Below are positions 20,123-39,737 of a DNA stretch of 64,000 nucleotides, piece by piece. Below the pieces are notes generated by a model. That model ran no database searches and was not told the DNA's origin. It saw only the letters and a program-made list of their open reading frames with translations. The number at the start of each line of letters is the position of its first letter. Positions within the stretch are counted from its first letter, which is position 1. Source of the stretch: Amoebidium appalachense. Its lineage: Eukaryota; Protista; Ichthyosporea. The position numbers and the translations under genes are program-made. Location of the stretch: assembly GCA_963693365.1 (NCBI GenBank), contig CAVNZM010000006.1, positions 10,915,355 through 10,979,354 on the forward strand, in the 5' to 3' direction.

Positions 20123-22609
20123 CTTTTAGTCTCCTCAGCATGCTTTTTTGTGTTGCTAATGCTCCAGGTAGAAGCAGAGAAAAACTCTGGTGGATGGGCG
20201 GGTGTTAGCTCCTACCTCCACCATAGAGGCTATCTAATAATAGGCCACATGGCATAGCGGGGACCGGGGGGGGGGGGGGGGAGGGGGGGGGGGACTTCAT
20301 GCAGATGGAAAAGCATAGAGATGGGTGGATGCGCGCCAATAATTGGAGGTGACAGGGAGTGGGGGTGATGGTGGTGTGTGTGTGTGTGTGTGTGTGTGTG
20401 TACCGGGGGGGGGGGGGGGAGGGGGGGGAGGGGATTTGATATCAGAGCAGATACAGAGAGAGCAGTTGGGCAGGAAGGGGAGAGGCCAGTGCTTACTTTG
20501 CGCCACCACAGCCTGTTGTAGGCCATCTGGCGCTCCTGATTGGCTCGCAGGAATCCATCGTAGAACTCGGCAAAGTCGTCGGCAGTCAAAGACCCACCCC
20601 CTCTCTCGTTCTTGCGTGCTGTATAAGCTATAATGAGATACTGCCCCCCCCCCATCATGCACACAAAAGAAAAGAGAAAGAAAAAAACTCTAAACTGCAC
20701 CCAGCTAAACAGTCTGTTCTTTCTTTCTTATGACGGGAGGGCCGGGGAGAAGGAGGGGGTAAAGGGGGAGGAGGGGGGGGTTTTGGGGGGAGAGAGGAAG
20801 CAGTGGGGTTGTGAGCGTGTGTGAGGGGGAGGGGGGTGAAGGGGGGGGGTTTGAATGCGTCAAAAAGTACGAAGTACACAAGAACAAAAGGATAACACGA
20901 TGCAGAATGCAAGCCATACATAAAGAGTATGCATAATAAGCAGAGCCCATCCTCAGGGGGGGCCCACGTCATCCACAGTACCCGAGTTTCGACCTATTCC
21001 CCTCGTTAACGAAACCCAACTCAGATACTGTTTCACGGGGGGGGGGGGGGGGGGGAGAGGTATGAGGGGAGGGGGAAGAGAACAAACCAGCATATGAAAA
21101 GTGCACTGGAAAAAACCACTCTATCTGCAGATCTAGAAGGATACGCAAAGGCTGGTGGAGGCACGGCACCATTCAGTGCATTTATAGACAAAGTGAGATT
21201 TGATAGGTGGAGGGGGATATGGGCACGGGGCTGCCATCAACACGAATACCACCAAACCATTTGGGTGAATGTGGCGGGCACACGCAGGTGACTCAGAGCC
21301 TGGGTGCAAGTGCACACAAAACCATAAGCCCGATACGTTCCCCCACACATACATAACACCCGCACACACGATGCATACACCCCCAAAAAAAACCCACCCA
21401 CCCACACCCACCCACATACACGCCACATACACACACACACACACACACACGTGCGCACACAAGGACGCACACGCGCACACATGCCTACGTACGCACACCT
21501 TGACACACGCACACAGACATGCACACACGGACACACGCACGCACGCATGGTACATACACACACACACACACACACATACACACACACACAAGGACACACG
21601 CATGCACACATGCACACACGAACATATGCACGCACGCACACACACACACGCCAAACCCACACGTACATACAAACACACACACACAAACACAAGCACCCAC
21701 CTTCTTCAAACTCCTTTTTCTGCTTCATAAACAGTGTGTTGTTCTCCTCCCAGAATGTATGGTGAAAGGCCTGTAGTTCTTCTAATTGTTCTCTGTAGCG
21801 TCTCTCCTGTTGCCCAACCCCACACGAATCAGCCAACAGTCCACCAACATCAGCAAACCCCCCCCCCCCCCCCCCCCCCGTTACTGCCTCTTTACACTTT
21901 CATCTTTTCCATCAAACTGCGAGATACTCAGGAATACCCCCCCCCCCCCCCCCCCCCCCCCCCTTGTGCCGGTTCCTCCCAACACCTTCTAGCTCCGAAA
22001 TGCCATTTGTCGACTGTGCATAAGTCACCATCGTCTATCTGCCACATCCATTAAAAGGTAGAAGAGTATTTTGTGTGTGAGCAGGGGGGCGGGGGGAGGA
22101 GCAGCGGAGGGGAGGGGGTAGGGGGGGCAGGGGGGCACGACAGATATGCAAAGGACAGAAAAGAACAGAAAGGAATATGTTTGTGTGTTTGGGGAAAGGG
22201 GGGTGGGTGGGGAGCGGGGGGGGGGGGGGGGGGGGGGGTTAGTAGGAACAAGGATATGCAGGACAGAAAGCGCACAGTACTCATTCATGAACCACACACA
22301 CACACACTGGTGTGTGAGATGTGTGTGTGTTGGAGGGCATAGGGGGAAAGGGTTTGGGGGTGGGGGGGGGGGGTACATACCTCGGGCGATTCGCCGTCCA
22401 AAGAAAATAATCTAATTGGTCGAATATTGGACACGGGGTCTGGCGGGCCAATCTCCCCATATTGCCCCTTCTTTCGCTCGGGCTCTAGGGTCTGTTTAGT
22501 CTGAGGCCAAAAAAAGAAGGTGTGGTTAGACCAAAATTAGAAAGGGATGGGAGGTGGTGGGAAGGAGACAATAATAAATGGTTTTGGTGGTGGTGGTGGG
22601 GGAATGGGG

Positions 22610-22641
<32 letters not shown>

Positions 22642-23067
22642 AGGATAACGGGTGGAAATCAATGCGGACTGAACACATTACAAAGTAATGACAAACAAAT
22701 CTGCAGTGTAGATGAAAAAAACTCCCGGCCCAAAGTGTCAGGACAGGATAAGAGTTGTGTGGAAACTAGGATGTGCAAGGGGAGTGAGACCGATAGAGGG
22801 GGGAGGAGGTGTGCCTGTGTGCCTGTGTCTTTGCATGTATGTGTATGTGTGCGTGAAGGTGTGTGTGTGTGCCGTGCGGGGGGGGGGGGGGGGGGGGGGG
22901 GGGAGGGGGGTACACGTGCAGATGTGTGTGCTTGCATCCGTTTGAGAACATAAACATAAGGATGAAAGAGGCAAGCGAGAAAATCGAAAAGCAATATGTC
23001 GGTCCAATAAATCCAAGAGCCGAGCAGTGCCCATTGGACCACCGGGCAAAGGGAGAGGTGGGGAAGG

Positions 23068-23113
<46 letters not shown>

Positions 23114-23478
23114 AAAGAGGGCTGTGATCTAGGAAACAAATGGAGTTGAAGAGCCAAGGAGGTGAGGTGCGGGGGGGGAAGGAACAAATGTGTAGTTAAG
23201 AATGCCGGGGCACATGGGGAGTAAGGGGGGACGCCGGGGAAGGAGGACAGGAGAGGGTGGAGGGAGGGAGTAAAAATTGGGTTGGTTGGCAGGTAGGACT
23301 ATACAAACAAGGTGTGTGGGTGGATGAAAAGGAGGTGAACAGGGTTGGGAGGTGAGTGAAGAACAAGGGAAGAGTTGCCAAAGGGAAGAGGATTCATGTC
23401 ACTGAGGAGCATAAAAACCCCGGGAGGGGGGCTAGGGGGAGGGGAGGGGAAGAGTTGGGCAAAATGATGGTGATCGTG

Positions 23479-23547
<69 letters not shown>

Positions 23548-23582
23548 CGCGCGCGCGCTGGTGGGTGAATGTGTCTGTATGT

Positions 23583-23637
<55 letters not shown>

Positions 23638-24081
23638 AGGCGTGATGTGGAGGGAGAGGTAGGGAGGAGGGGAGAGAGAGAGAGAGAGATGGGGGGGGAT
23701 ATATATATATATGTATTTATATGCATATTTACAAACATACATGCATATAGAGACAGAGTCGGGGGGGGGGGGGGGGGGGAGGGGGAGGGAGAGGGGGAGG
23801 GAGAGAGGGAGGGATGAAGGGAGGGAGAGGTGGCAGAGGAAGAGAGACACAGAGAGAGAGCGAGAGAGGGGGCGGGGGGGGGGGGGATGGGAGGGGGTGA
23901 GTGAGGAAGTGAGAAAGGGATGGAGAGAGGGGAGGGACGGAGGAGGGAGAGAGGGGTGAAAGAGAGCACGAGAATGAGAGGTTGTGAGAGAAAGAGATAG
24001 GGAAGGAGGGAGAGCAAGAGTGTTTAAAGAGAGACAGAGGGAGGCAGGGGGAGGGGAGAGGCCTGGCGGCGGGGGGGGGAG

Positions 24082-24168
<87 letters not shown>

Positions 24169-24206
24169 AGAGAGGGGGAGGGGGAGGGGGGGGGAGAGAG
24201 ACACAC

Positions 24207-24264
<58 letters not shown>

Positions 24265-24584
24265 GAAAGAGAGAGAGGGAGAGGGAGAGAGGGAGAGAAG
24301 AGGGAGGGCGAAAGAGAAATAGGGAGGGACGGAGGGCGAGAGAGAGGGTGAGGGAGAGGGAGAGAACGAAAGGGGGGGAGAGAGAGAACAGAGAGGTGTG
24401 TGAATGTTGGGGCAAGGAGGGAGGGGGAGGGGGGGGGGGAGGGGGAGGGGGTAGAGGAAGGTGGGCATGGGTTTTAAGGGGCATAAAGCCATACCTCGCA
24501 CAATGGGCGGCAGTGCACACAGGCGTTAGCCCAGACAGAACGGGCCGCCAGCCGTGGCCGGGCACAGGCCAGGCGGGTGAGCAT
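20123..24584 (-). CDS. COA8: Cytochrome c oxidase assembly factor 8 (APOPT1 family)
   Basis: Exons 24584-24495 (Arg-rich mitochondrial-presequence-like [15 protein letters not shown]), 22500-22381 ([13 protein letters not shown]), 21806-21701 ([17 protein letters not shown]), 20627-20497 ([14 protein letters not shown]...YNRLWWRK) and 20186-20123. The terminal exon and stop were not resolved (possibly near 19779-19855). Confidence 0.85.
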
Positions 24585-25837
24585 TGCAGCCCAGGTGTGT
24601 GTGTGGGTGTATGTGACCTCCTGCTCTCTGTCTTCCTAGCTGCCTCACTTCTAACGGTGCTGCTACTGTGTGCTATTGTTCGCACGCATAGCTATGGCTC
24701 TCCTGCAGTGTTCTGTGTACGCACGTCAACATTGGTCTGCCGTTTAGTTTCAAGTCCGGCGACACAACACACTGGTCCTCACAAACGTTCCAGTCTTTTC
24801 CACCAACATTTGAAACGCACGAAAACTGAGCCTGGGCCGCATGCGGTGCCTGACTGCCATTTGGCTACTTGGAACTGACCATTCCAAAAAACAAGAGCCA
24901 ATCGTCGACCGCAAAGCAGCACCTTGTATGGCTAAATTATAGGAGTCTTCTATTGGCTGGGTGCGCACCGCCAGGAATCTCCTCAAACCTCACCGAGGCT
25001 CTCAGTTTTGGGACCAGCCACCGAAGAGGCTGTAATAGAGAACTGAACTTGAAATTCTAAATTTCCTACTGGTTGTTAGCATTGTCCTAAATAAGGTAAA
25101 ATGCATGATTCGGTATATTATCTGATTATCCACCCGATGAAGGGGCCCGGGTAGTTTTATTAGTCAGGGCTTCACACATTTTTCATGTTTACAGGAGCGT
25201 GCAGTTGTATTGTAATGGGATTGTCCAAAATTGAGGGAGCCTGGCGTCTAGACAAATGTGTTGAGAAAAAATATTGACACATACCGCCACATATAATAAA
25301 CTAATAAAAAAGTAAATAAAAATATATAAGTAAAGTGAGTGCACGTATGTACCACATCATCACAAAATGTAAACGCAAGTTTATGGAGACTACCGAGGCT
25401 TAAACAAATGCTATCACTCTCTCTCTGAGTAAAAATTGCAAGGCCTCTTTATAATCATCCATACATGCACTGTTACTTACAGTCCGTGAGGCATCGCTGG
25501 AATGCTTTCAAATAAATGGACCCCCCCTCGCTTTCTCTGCCCCCCCCCCCCCCCCCCCCCCCCCCTCCCCCGGCGGAGACCACCCAATCGCCATGACTTC
25601 TTTGTTCCCCCATCCCGCCCCGCCCCTGCCCTCTAGATCTGCCCCTCCCCCAACACACACACACCAAAAAACACACAAGCATGTGCGTCAATGAACACGT
25701 GCCAGGGCCAAGTGAATGCAGGTGCACGTGTGTCTGTTCATGTGTGTGTACACGTGGGTGTGGGCACGTGTGTGTGTGTGTGTGTTACGAATCGGCCATG
25801 TGTGTGCAACGCTCATGCCACGGTGGCAAGGCTGGGG

Positions 25838-25868
<31 letters not shown>

Positions 25869-26248
25869 AAGGGGGGAGGGAGGGAGAGAGGGGGGCAATA
25901 ATATTGTCTCTCAACCGAAGTCACAAGCAGTGCGCATTCAGGCATGAACTCAAAGCTGATTTCATTCAAAAAGCCACAATCATCACGTGTGTGATACACT
26001 AAATTAGTCCGACTATAGTATTCGACATGACGATACATGAAAATCAAATCATTCGTCTTTGGGTCCCTGGTTTTGTTCTTTAACATTTTGTGTGCATATA
26101 ACTACACCCCATATGTATACAAATGCTATACAACCCCCGGAGTGAAGTCTCATGGAGCTGTGCAGATGTGTAGGTGTGTTTGTGCAAGGTGTGTGTGTGC
26201 GTGCATGCGTACATCGTGTGTGTGCGCCACGGTGTGTGTGTGTGCCAC

Positions 26249-26296
<48 letters not shown>

Positions 26297-26598
26297 CGCG
26301 CGCACGGCGTATGTCATGCATGTTAAGCGCTGCAAATTCGATGCCGCAAGATACTGTGAAAAAAAGGGTAATATACCGGATCTAACCCACATCACCACAC
26401 AGCGTCAATTACCCCCCCTCCCCCCCTCTCCCCCCCCCCCCCCCCCCCCCCCCCTCCCCCCCCCCCCTCCCCCCCCCCCCTCCCCCCCCCCCCCCCCCCC
26501 ATCCCCCCGGGGGCCCTACAGCACATCCCTTACACTTCCCTCCAATACCTTACCGTGTACCCAATCCTCTCCCTTTCTAGCACACATCACTCTACCCC

Positions 26599-31215
<4,617 letters not shown>

Positions 31216-32130
31216 ACTTGCGTAGGGGTATATGTACTGACTACGTATGCGTGGTGGATGTGGTGTGGTAATGTTATGCAAGACCAATAGAAAGGAGAGA
31301 GGAGAGAGAAAGAGAGTTTTGTGCCAAATTCAGCGGAAGTAACACTTGTGGTGAAAAGGACGTCGCACTCATGGTCACGTACTAACCAGCCACACAAAGC
31401 TAACAAAAGATCTAATTAGCGAGCCCACGTGAGCTTTAGCGCGTCAAGTTAACTCACAATTGCAAACAATGGCAGGCAAACCGTGGACGGTGCCTCATGC
31501 ATATGGTATGGGACTAACGCCTCAAACTGCATAAAACGGTCTAATAGGGCGCGCTCTCTACAGCGCCGCACCCTTCTTCCAAGTCTAGGTGCCCGGGTAC
31601 GCAAAACTTGTGCCCGGGTACGCAAAACTTGAACTGGGAGAAAAAGGGGCTGGCTTGCCAACCTCAGGCCGAAAGCCCGCTTTTTGGCTTCGTGTTCGTG
31701 TTGGTATCGGCGATACGAGAGTGAGCCGAGACCTCAATGATTGGTCGAAGTATGCACGTGAGGTGGCTGAACCACTGGACGGTCGTGGAGTGCACGGTAT
31801 GTATCTATAAGTGGCAAACGGTGTTTGTAGAGATGATTACGTGCAGAAAAGAAATAAAGTTTCCGGTTATATGTTAGCACAGTTTTGTTTTTTCTGATAT
31901 GCACAGCCTTTTTGGTGCTGGTTTAACTATGAGCTACACAGTCTTGTCAGACTGGTGCTTTAAAGTACTTGAATTCCAGTGGATAAATATCACGCACTGT
32001 ACTATCGTATCAGTCCATCTCGTGTTGCTTCAGTGCGCTCACTTACATGCGCGGCTGACTGTACACTTGCATACACCCAAGATATCTAGGTGCTCAATAT
32101 CCTAGCCCATAGCAAAGTTAGGTAGAGAGG
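31216..32130. promoter_or_regulatory. Divergent intergenic/promoter region with a 21-bp tandem duplication and CCAAT boxes
   Basis: Lies between the ATPase and RRP4 start codons. Microsatellite-free and relatively CpG-retaining. gtgcccgggtacgcaaaactt occurs twice at 31589-31630. CCAAT near 31284, ATTGG near 31740. Confidence 0.55.
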
Positions 32131-33604
32131 ATGGGCGAGGCACTGCAGATAGACATACGGCTACCCGTCAGGAGGGAGCCACGGTCCACAGAGGTTGCGG
32201 CCACAAAGCACCTGGTCACTCCCGGGGAGGTCATAACGAGGGACACGGGGTACATGAGGTGCGTGAAAGGGAGGGGGGGGGGGGGGGGGGGGGGGGGAGA
32301 GGGAGAGAGAGGGGGATAGGGAGGGGGAGGTGGGGGTGGGCGTAAACGGTGGCGTGGGATGGGGGGGGGGGGGGGGGGGGGGGGGGGGCGGAGGGGTTGA
32401 CCAGCTGGTGGGGATGGAGATGGGACGGGAGGGCAGTGGAGCTATGGTTGAATCAATAAGATTACATAGAGAAATATGGGAGAGGGAGGGAGGGATATAG
32501 GGGGTAGGGAGGGAGAGAGATAGAGAGAGAGAAGAGACACATACTTTGAGAGGGGGAGAGGGGGCTGGAGCCGAAAGGGGGGAGGGGGGGGTGCGGGGGC
32601 GGGGGCGGGGACAGGTAGGGAGGGTGGAGAGGGAGGGAGGGAGGGAGGGAGGGAGGGAGCAAGCGAGGGAGGGGAGGGGGAGGGGAGGGATGGAGGGAGG
32701 TAAGGAGGGGGAGATAGAGAGAGGGGGGAGAGGGGGGGTGGAGCGAGAGGGGGCGGGGAGGGAGGGAGAGGGACAGGGAGAGGGAGATGGGTAGATAGGG
32801 AGCAAACAGACAAGGGAAAGTGTGAGACACGAGAGGAAGGGAAAATATAGGTGAGAGGTGGAGTGCTGTGGGGTGTTTGGTGGCGTGTGAGACTGCATCC
32901 GAAGAACTGAGAAAGAGCGGAAGGTTGGGGAAGGTTCTTGCGATGGTGATGCAGCACACATTTCAGATGGGCTTTGCATATGAACTGGTGCTAGAGAGGG
33001 TGGGTTGAGCACAATTTTAGATAGGAAGTGTTGAGAAGGGAAGATGTCCGAGGCACAGTGTATCATTAAATTGGTGCTTGCTAGAGACACCAGAGTTGGG
33101 CAAAGTGAAGGGGTTTGGGCCAGTCGTGCAGCTGGTGGTTGTACTTTGTCCCTCACGGTCGGAGGAGAAAGGGGTTGTAGGGATTGAAGTCGCAGAGGAG
33201 GAGGGGAACGGGGAGCTAGTAAGCGGTGGAAGGGGGAGAAGGAGGGAGGGAGGAGGGGGGGGGGGGAGGAGAAGGGTTGTAGGTGAAAGATTTCTGGGCA
33301 AGGAGGGAGGAGGAAGGCAAGGGGGGGAGGGGGAGGGAGGGAGGGGGGTTTGTGACGTTGACGTGTGGATTGGTCTAACTCTGGGCGTTAGGGGACATGG
33401 GACGTTTACGGCAGACAATGCACTGGTGGCCACCACAGCCGGAGTGGTCGATAAGTTCAACAAGCTGATCGTCGTGAGGCCTATGAAGTCACGGTGCGTG
33501 GAGGGGAGAATGAGAGGGGTGGGGGTGGGGGGGAGGCAACGTGCTCTGTACATTGACGATCACAGGCGCTCTGTACATGCAATGCAGTGGTTTGAAGGGG
33601 GAAA

Positions 33605-33697
<93 letters not shown>

Positions 33698-33952
33698 CAG
33701 ACACATGCAGCACAAGCAACATCAACAGACATTCACATGTATGCACGTGCTTGCACCTGGGTGTGCGCACAACACAAACACCGGCACTCGTGCTCTGCCA
33801 AACTCCATATCTCTTTTCTTTGCTTGTGTATCTGCCTCCCTCCGGCCTTAAATCTGCCCGTCTTGGATGGTATTCCATTTTCTACGTTTCCCTCTTCTAT
33901 TTCATATTCCCTTTCCAAAACATTATCTTCCTCCTATTTATCTCCCCCCCCC

Positions 33953-33983
<31 letters not shown>

Positions 33984-34334
33984 ACACACACTGACGCACA
34001 CACAAGCACAACGCAAAAAACAAAAAGAATATAAACTCAAAAAAGCCCTTATGTCTTTCTTGCATTTTGCTTTTGCTTTCGATCCCCTCCCCTCCCCCCC
34101 CCCCCCCCCCTTCCCCCCCCTCCACCCCCGCGCAGCCCCTTGCATACACACAAGACCCCACGGATCTGCCCCTAGTCCTTTTGCTCCTTCACATCCACAC
34201 ACAGCAATCTTCTTTGGCCTGTATCCCCCGCTTTTCCTTCCAAAAACTCATCTGCCTACGCGAATACGCTCTCTTTTTTGCATCGAGGCCCCCTCCCTCC
34301 CTTGATCCGTTCCTCTCTCCCTCCTTCGCTCCCC

Positions 34335-34367
<33 letters not shown>

Positions 34368-35322
34368 ACCCACTCACCCACCCACCCACCCCACTTCACC
34401 CGCCCTCTTTCTCTCTCGTCTCAGACACACCCACATGTTCTTTCGTGCCTTCTGCTTTTCTCACCTTTGTTACCATTTCCAGTATTGCACGAGTAGTTGT
34501 TGCTTTTCTCCCTCCAACCACCATCCCACCATCACCGACCCCTGACATATGCCATATTTTATATCCCCCTGTACACCTTTGTGATGGTTTTTTCTGTCTA
34601 TGTAGGGTGCTGACTTGAGCCAATCAGATACAACGGAGAGGTGGGGGATGTGATCGTGGGCCGCATCACAGAGGTGAGACACGTTATTCCCCTCTCTAAT
34701 CCCCCCCCCTCCCCCCCCAAAAAAAAAGAAAAAAAGAAAAAAAGAAACACCACCACCCTCTTTCTTCGAAGAGCACACACTCGACACCATCTAATTCCTA
34801 CCATTCCATACACACTTGCACCTGCACACTTGCACGTATACACACACAGCACATCTTCATGTCCCATGAACATGACCCAACCACACAGTTTTGTGTCATG
34901 ATTTTCATGTTGGTGCCCCCTTTGTGAGTTTGAGAAAGTTTGTGAGGGTAGGGGATTAGGCTAACGGGGGAGGAGGAAAAGGAGTTGTGTTCATGGATGA
35001 CTTATTGCTTATGGCTGCGAATACAATAGGGCATGCATGCACACATCTTGGTGCCCTGCCCGTACTGAGCCGCATGCCTGCAAAAGAAACGAAGTATTGC
35101 AACATTACGGTGATATTCGGCCACGATTGTATGGCTCCATTCTCCTGCACACTTTCATGCTCATTTGCTTGCCCTTCCCCTTCCTGTCTCTCACTCTCTC
35201 TCTCATTCTCACTCTCTCGTTAGAGGGCTCTCCCTTTGGCACAGATGAGCGCGGGCGCGCGCGCACACACTCACACACTCGCACACACACACAACGCACG
35301 CGTACGCGCATGCGTGCACACG

Positions 35323-35364
<42 letters not shown>

Positions 35365-38076
35365 TTGATGTTGGCTACAGGTAGCGCAACGGCGGTGGAA
35401 GGTGGACACGAACGGCCGGCTGGACGCCTCCCTCATGCTCAGTGCTGTCAATTTGCCCGGCAACGTGCTGGTAGGCAACCTCCCTGCTACCCCTATCTCC
35501 TTCTTCAGGAATCCACTTATCTGGGATTTCTTTCTTTTGCCAGCCGAGGAAAAATTGCATTGAAGTGGAGTCATATATAAATTTTGCGTGGGAACTCGTT
35601 TGCATGTGCACACAGTCCGCATATCTAGGCATGTGTGCTCACGCTTTACCCAGAAAGAGTCATGTTCCTATGTGTGCCCTGATGTGCAACACGTGCTGCC
35701 AGTTGCACGTGACACATCCACTGTGGGCCACACACGTTGCATGGTAGCAGCTCATCCATTTTGTGTTCTTGCCAAGCACACCCTACATCTCTGCTCTCTG
35801 ATGCCGTGTTGTCTGTCTGTGCTTTGGGCTGCCGTCTGTCTGTTCGTGGGGTGTGACACTGCGCTAGCATGAGATTGTACCCCTCCAGTCATTTATTGTG
35901 ACTGACCCCCCTGAAACCCATGCTTTTGCGGAGGCATAGGAACCCCCCTGATGATGGGCTCTGTTCAAGTGTCTTCTGCCTGGACGCTTAAATTGTTTGA
36001 TTTTGGATTTCCCATTTTGTGACGTTTTGTTGTTGCTCTTTGTTGTCTCTTCCACATTTCCAACCCTCTTAACGTATACATCACCCCCCCCCCCCCCCCC
36101 CCCCCCTCCCCCTCCCCCCGCCTCCAAACAGAGACGAAGGCAAGCCGAGGATGAGTTTTTGATGCGCGAATTGTTTGTAGAAAATGACGTCATTGCGGTA
36201 CGGATCCTGCTCTGTGTGCATACGTCATATGTGTTTGTGCATTGGTGGGAGCAAGGTTGGGGTGTGTGTGGGTCGGCATGCGGTTGAAAAAGGTCTGTGC
36301 CAAGCTTTGGGTGCTGGTGCCGGCGTGCACCCTATTTTGAATGCCGTCCCTCACTCTCCCACGCTCTCGCTGTGTCTGTGTGTGTGTATGTGTCTGTCGT
36401 GGTGTTTGTGTGTGTTGAAAATATTGGCATGCATGTTAGTGTGTGTCATGGTGGCAAAACTCAACTTTGGAGTGTTGAGTTTCTCTGTGCCAGCAGGGTG
36501 ATGTAGTGGTGTGTATGTATAAGTTGGCACACCCACGCTTTTTGGGGGCCCCCCTTTGGGGGGGGGGGGGGGGGGGGGGGGGGAGGGGGGGGAGGGTCGA
36601 GGGGGAAAGGGAGGGGTAGCTGGGGGGAGAGGGGGGGGGGGGGAGGGGAGGAAGGGAAGGAGGAGTGGAGAAGGCATATGTCATGGAAGGAATAGTTGGA
36701 TAGATGACTTCTGTGTAGTGCTCGTGTGTTCCAGACGTGGAGGAATGGGAATTACACGCAGAAAACGGGTTCCATAGTCAAACGATGCTTGCAGGCATTT
36801 ACTGTTCGGATGGGTGGTTTTAAGAGTGAGGTAATGGCCGTCGTGGACAGGCTGGCTTTTGTTGGGCTAGGGGTGGATGGGTGGGTAGTGGTGGTGGTGT
36901 GTGGGTGTGGGTGTGTGTTCGCACGTGTGCGCATTTATGTGTGTTTTGTGTGGTGGTGGTGTGAGTGGCTGGTGGGCAAGGTGGTGTTATGGCTGACCAT
37001 TCAGTGCAGGCGGAGGTGCAAAGTCTCAACCAGGATGGGTCCCTAAATTTGCATCGCGTAAAGTTCGGCCAGAAGGTACATAGTATTCCCCTCCTCCCCC
37101 CCCCCTCAGCTCGCCTCCCACCCTACCCTCCATTTCCCCTTTATGGTTGGGAGCAGCAGTGGCGAGCTCGTAGAAGAGGCTATTCGGTTGATTGGGTACA
37201 AAACGTGGCTGTCTATGTATTTTCGAACCCTGTCTAGTGTTGTATATGTGGATGTTCTTCGTGAGAAGCTTTCATATCTGGTTTGGGATGTGTGAACTGT
37301 AGGCAGGACGCTTCCTCGTGTCCTCGTTCTCTGGGTCGTCCACCTCTTTTTTGCCCTTTTTCTTTGGGGGGGGGGGGGGGGAGGGGGGGGGGGGGGGGGG
37401 GGGGGGCATTTTTTTCTTGTGTTTGTTATAAAGCTAGTTTGAGTGTATGCTGTCCCCTTGGGTGGGAGGGGCGTTTGGAGGGGAGGGGCAGTTTTGGGTT
37501 ATATGTGCATGGTTGTAATTTTTTATTTTTGGGGGGGGGGAGGGGGGGGGGGGATTCTGACACGTGTACGTGCAGCTGCAGTACGGGGTGTTTGTTAAGG
37601 TGCACTCGGCATTGGTGCGGCGCACTAAGACCCAGTCCCACACCCTGCCCTGTGGCGTCATGGTCATCCTGGGCAACAACGGATACACATGGATCGGGTA
37701 GGTGCTGCTGTGTGTGTGTGTGTGCCTGGCATGGTATGGGGGTGCAAAGGCTTGCTTTTATTAGTGTCTTGGATGTTTTTGCCGTCTTAATTTGTGTTTG
37801 GTGTGGGAGGGAGTGGTGTTGGATGGTAAGAATGGGGATATGGGGATTGGTGTAAGCTAGCAAAGGCTTTAGCTCAAAGCACTTATGGGGTGGCGGGCAG
37901 AAAGGAATAGGTGGTTGCAGGCAGGCGATGCTGCAATTTTAGGGGGCTCGGTGGTGTCTGCGTTCGGGGTGTTGTGTGGGTGCTGGTGGATGTGCCACCA
38001 AGGACGCGCCGCAAAGGGAGGGCGGTATGCACGTGTGGGTGTATTTTGTTGGGTTGGTTGGTGGTGATGGTGTGTT

Positions 38077-38107
<31 letters not shown>

Positions 38108-38326
38108 AAGGATATATATTGGAATGCTAGTCAGGGGGTGGCTGACGCAGGGAATGCACCCAGGCCACCGCAGGAAGATATGACGGAGGAGTCGGGTCAG
38201 GACGAAAACCTCAAAGCCGCTGCCGAGGTATGTTTTCACATCATCACAGCCCCCCCTCAAATTTGTGTTGCACTCTGCCTGTGCTGTGTACTTCGTTATG
38301 TCGTTAGAAGCAAACCCTTTCCCGGT

Positions 38327-38383
<57 letters not shown>

Positions 38384-38804
38384 ATCCCATGTTCTCCTGT
38401 CGACTTCACGAACTGCTTTAGGGACGATTATTTAGCCATTGCTCACCCTGCCCGGCGCCCCGCCCCGCTTTCACCCCCTTTTGGAACACACAGCCACGAC
38501 ACTCCTGGGCCCAAGCTTCTTGCTACCGTGGCTGTCATGTGGGAGGCATAGAACTCATGGATTTGATAGGATGGGCCAATGTTGGGCTGTTGGTTAGGCC
38601 CGTAGTTGCTCATTCATTGTACTGCTGCACATCTGTCTGAGACTGCATGCCCATATGCTCACTCATACATACGCGCACACACCACACACACACTCCGTAC
38701 ACACACACACATACACACACACACACACACATACACACACACACACACACACGCCATACACACACAACCCCCCCCCCCCCCCCCCCCCCCCCACCCCCTC
38801 CCCC

Positions 38805-38851
<47 letters not shown>

Positions 38852-39054
38852 ACACACAGGCCATTACCCGTGAGATGCGCCTCAACATTGCCCGTGTGCG
38901 CAATGCCATCTGCGCCCTCAATGCACAGTTTGTGAGCATCTTCGACACGAGTGTAGTGTACACGTATGAGGCGTCTCTGTCTCACCCCGTTGCAGACATG
39001 CTGAAGCCAGAGGTAATGGAGGACATCACACAGGAGGCACGATTGCTGGCTTAG
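32131..39054 (+). CDS. EXOSC2: RNA exosome cap subunit Rrp4 (S1/KH)
   Basis: Exons 32131-32258, 33392-33493, 34628-34673, 35381-35470, 36132-36197, 37010-37075, 37576-37697, 38131-38227 (acceptor least certain) and 38860-39054. Motifs LVTPGEVIT..GYMRGHGT, RYNGEVGDVIVGRITEV..RWKVD, LSAVNLPG..RRR, VILGNNGYTWI, IARVRNAI. Confidence 0.95.
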
Positions 39055-39700
39055 TGCGGCATGGTGGTGGATGGGTGGGTGGTGGGTAGGGGTGTGGGTG
39101 GTTGTGTGTGTGTGTGTGTGTGTGTGTGCACGTGTTGTGTGCCCGTGATTTTTTTTTTTTTGTGTGTGCGGGGGGGGGGGGGGGGGGGGGGGAGATTGGA
39201 GTATCATGGAAGACAAAATGCCGTGCATGTGTGTAAGCATCTAAGTTTTGCGAAATGATGCATAGAGTCCTTTGCGAATGTGTGTGTGCTAGGCTCTGGT
39301 GAGACTCGAGCGAATAGTTCAGTGGCAGTTGCACAGATGCTGTATCCAGTACTTTATTCGAATGTGAATGAATTTCCTGCATACTAACCAAATATGGGCA
39401 AGGTGGCTGCCTTAATAATTTAACGCATTTTTGCTATGAGAAATAAACAGAAACACATTGCTGCCAACGAGTGCACAAACTGTCTTTGACCCATCAGTTG
39501 TGTGTGCCACTAAAATCGTAAACTACTTAGCGCATACACACAAATGCCCAACAAGCACACAGCCCAAACACATACGTACATGCTCACAGGAACCCTTCAC
39601 ACACAAACACTTGGGACTAATTTTAGTATCACGCTCTCAAATGATCGCGCAGAAAGTCCACAATTTGCGTGAAGCCCTCAACTCAAGCCCTCAACTCAAG

Positions 39701-39737
<37 letters not shown>

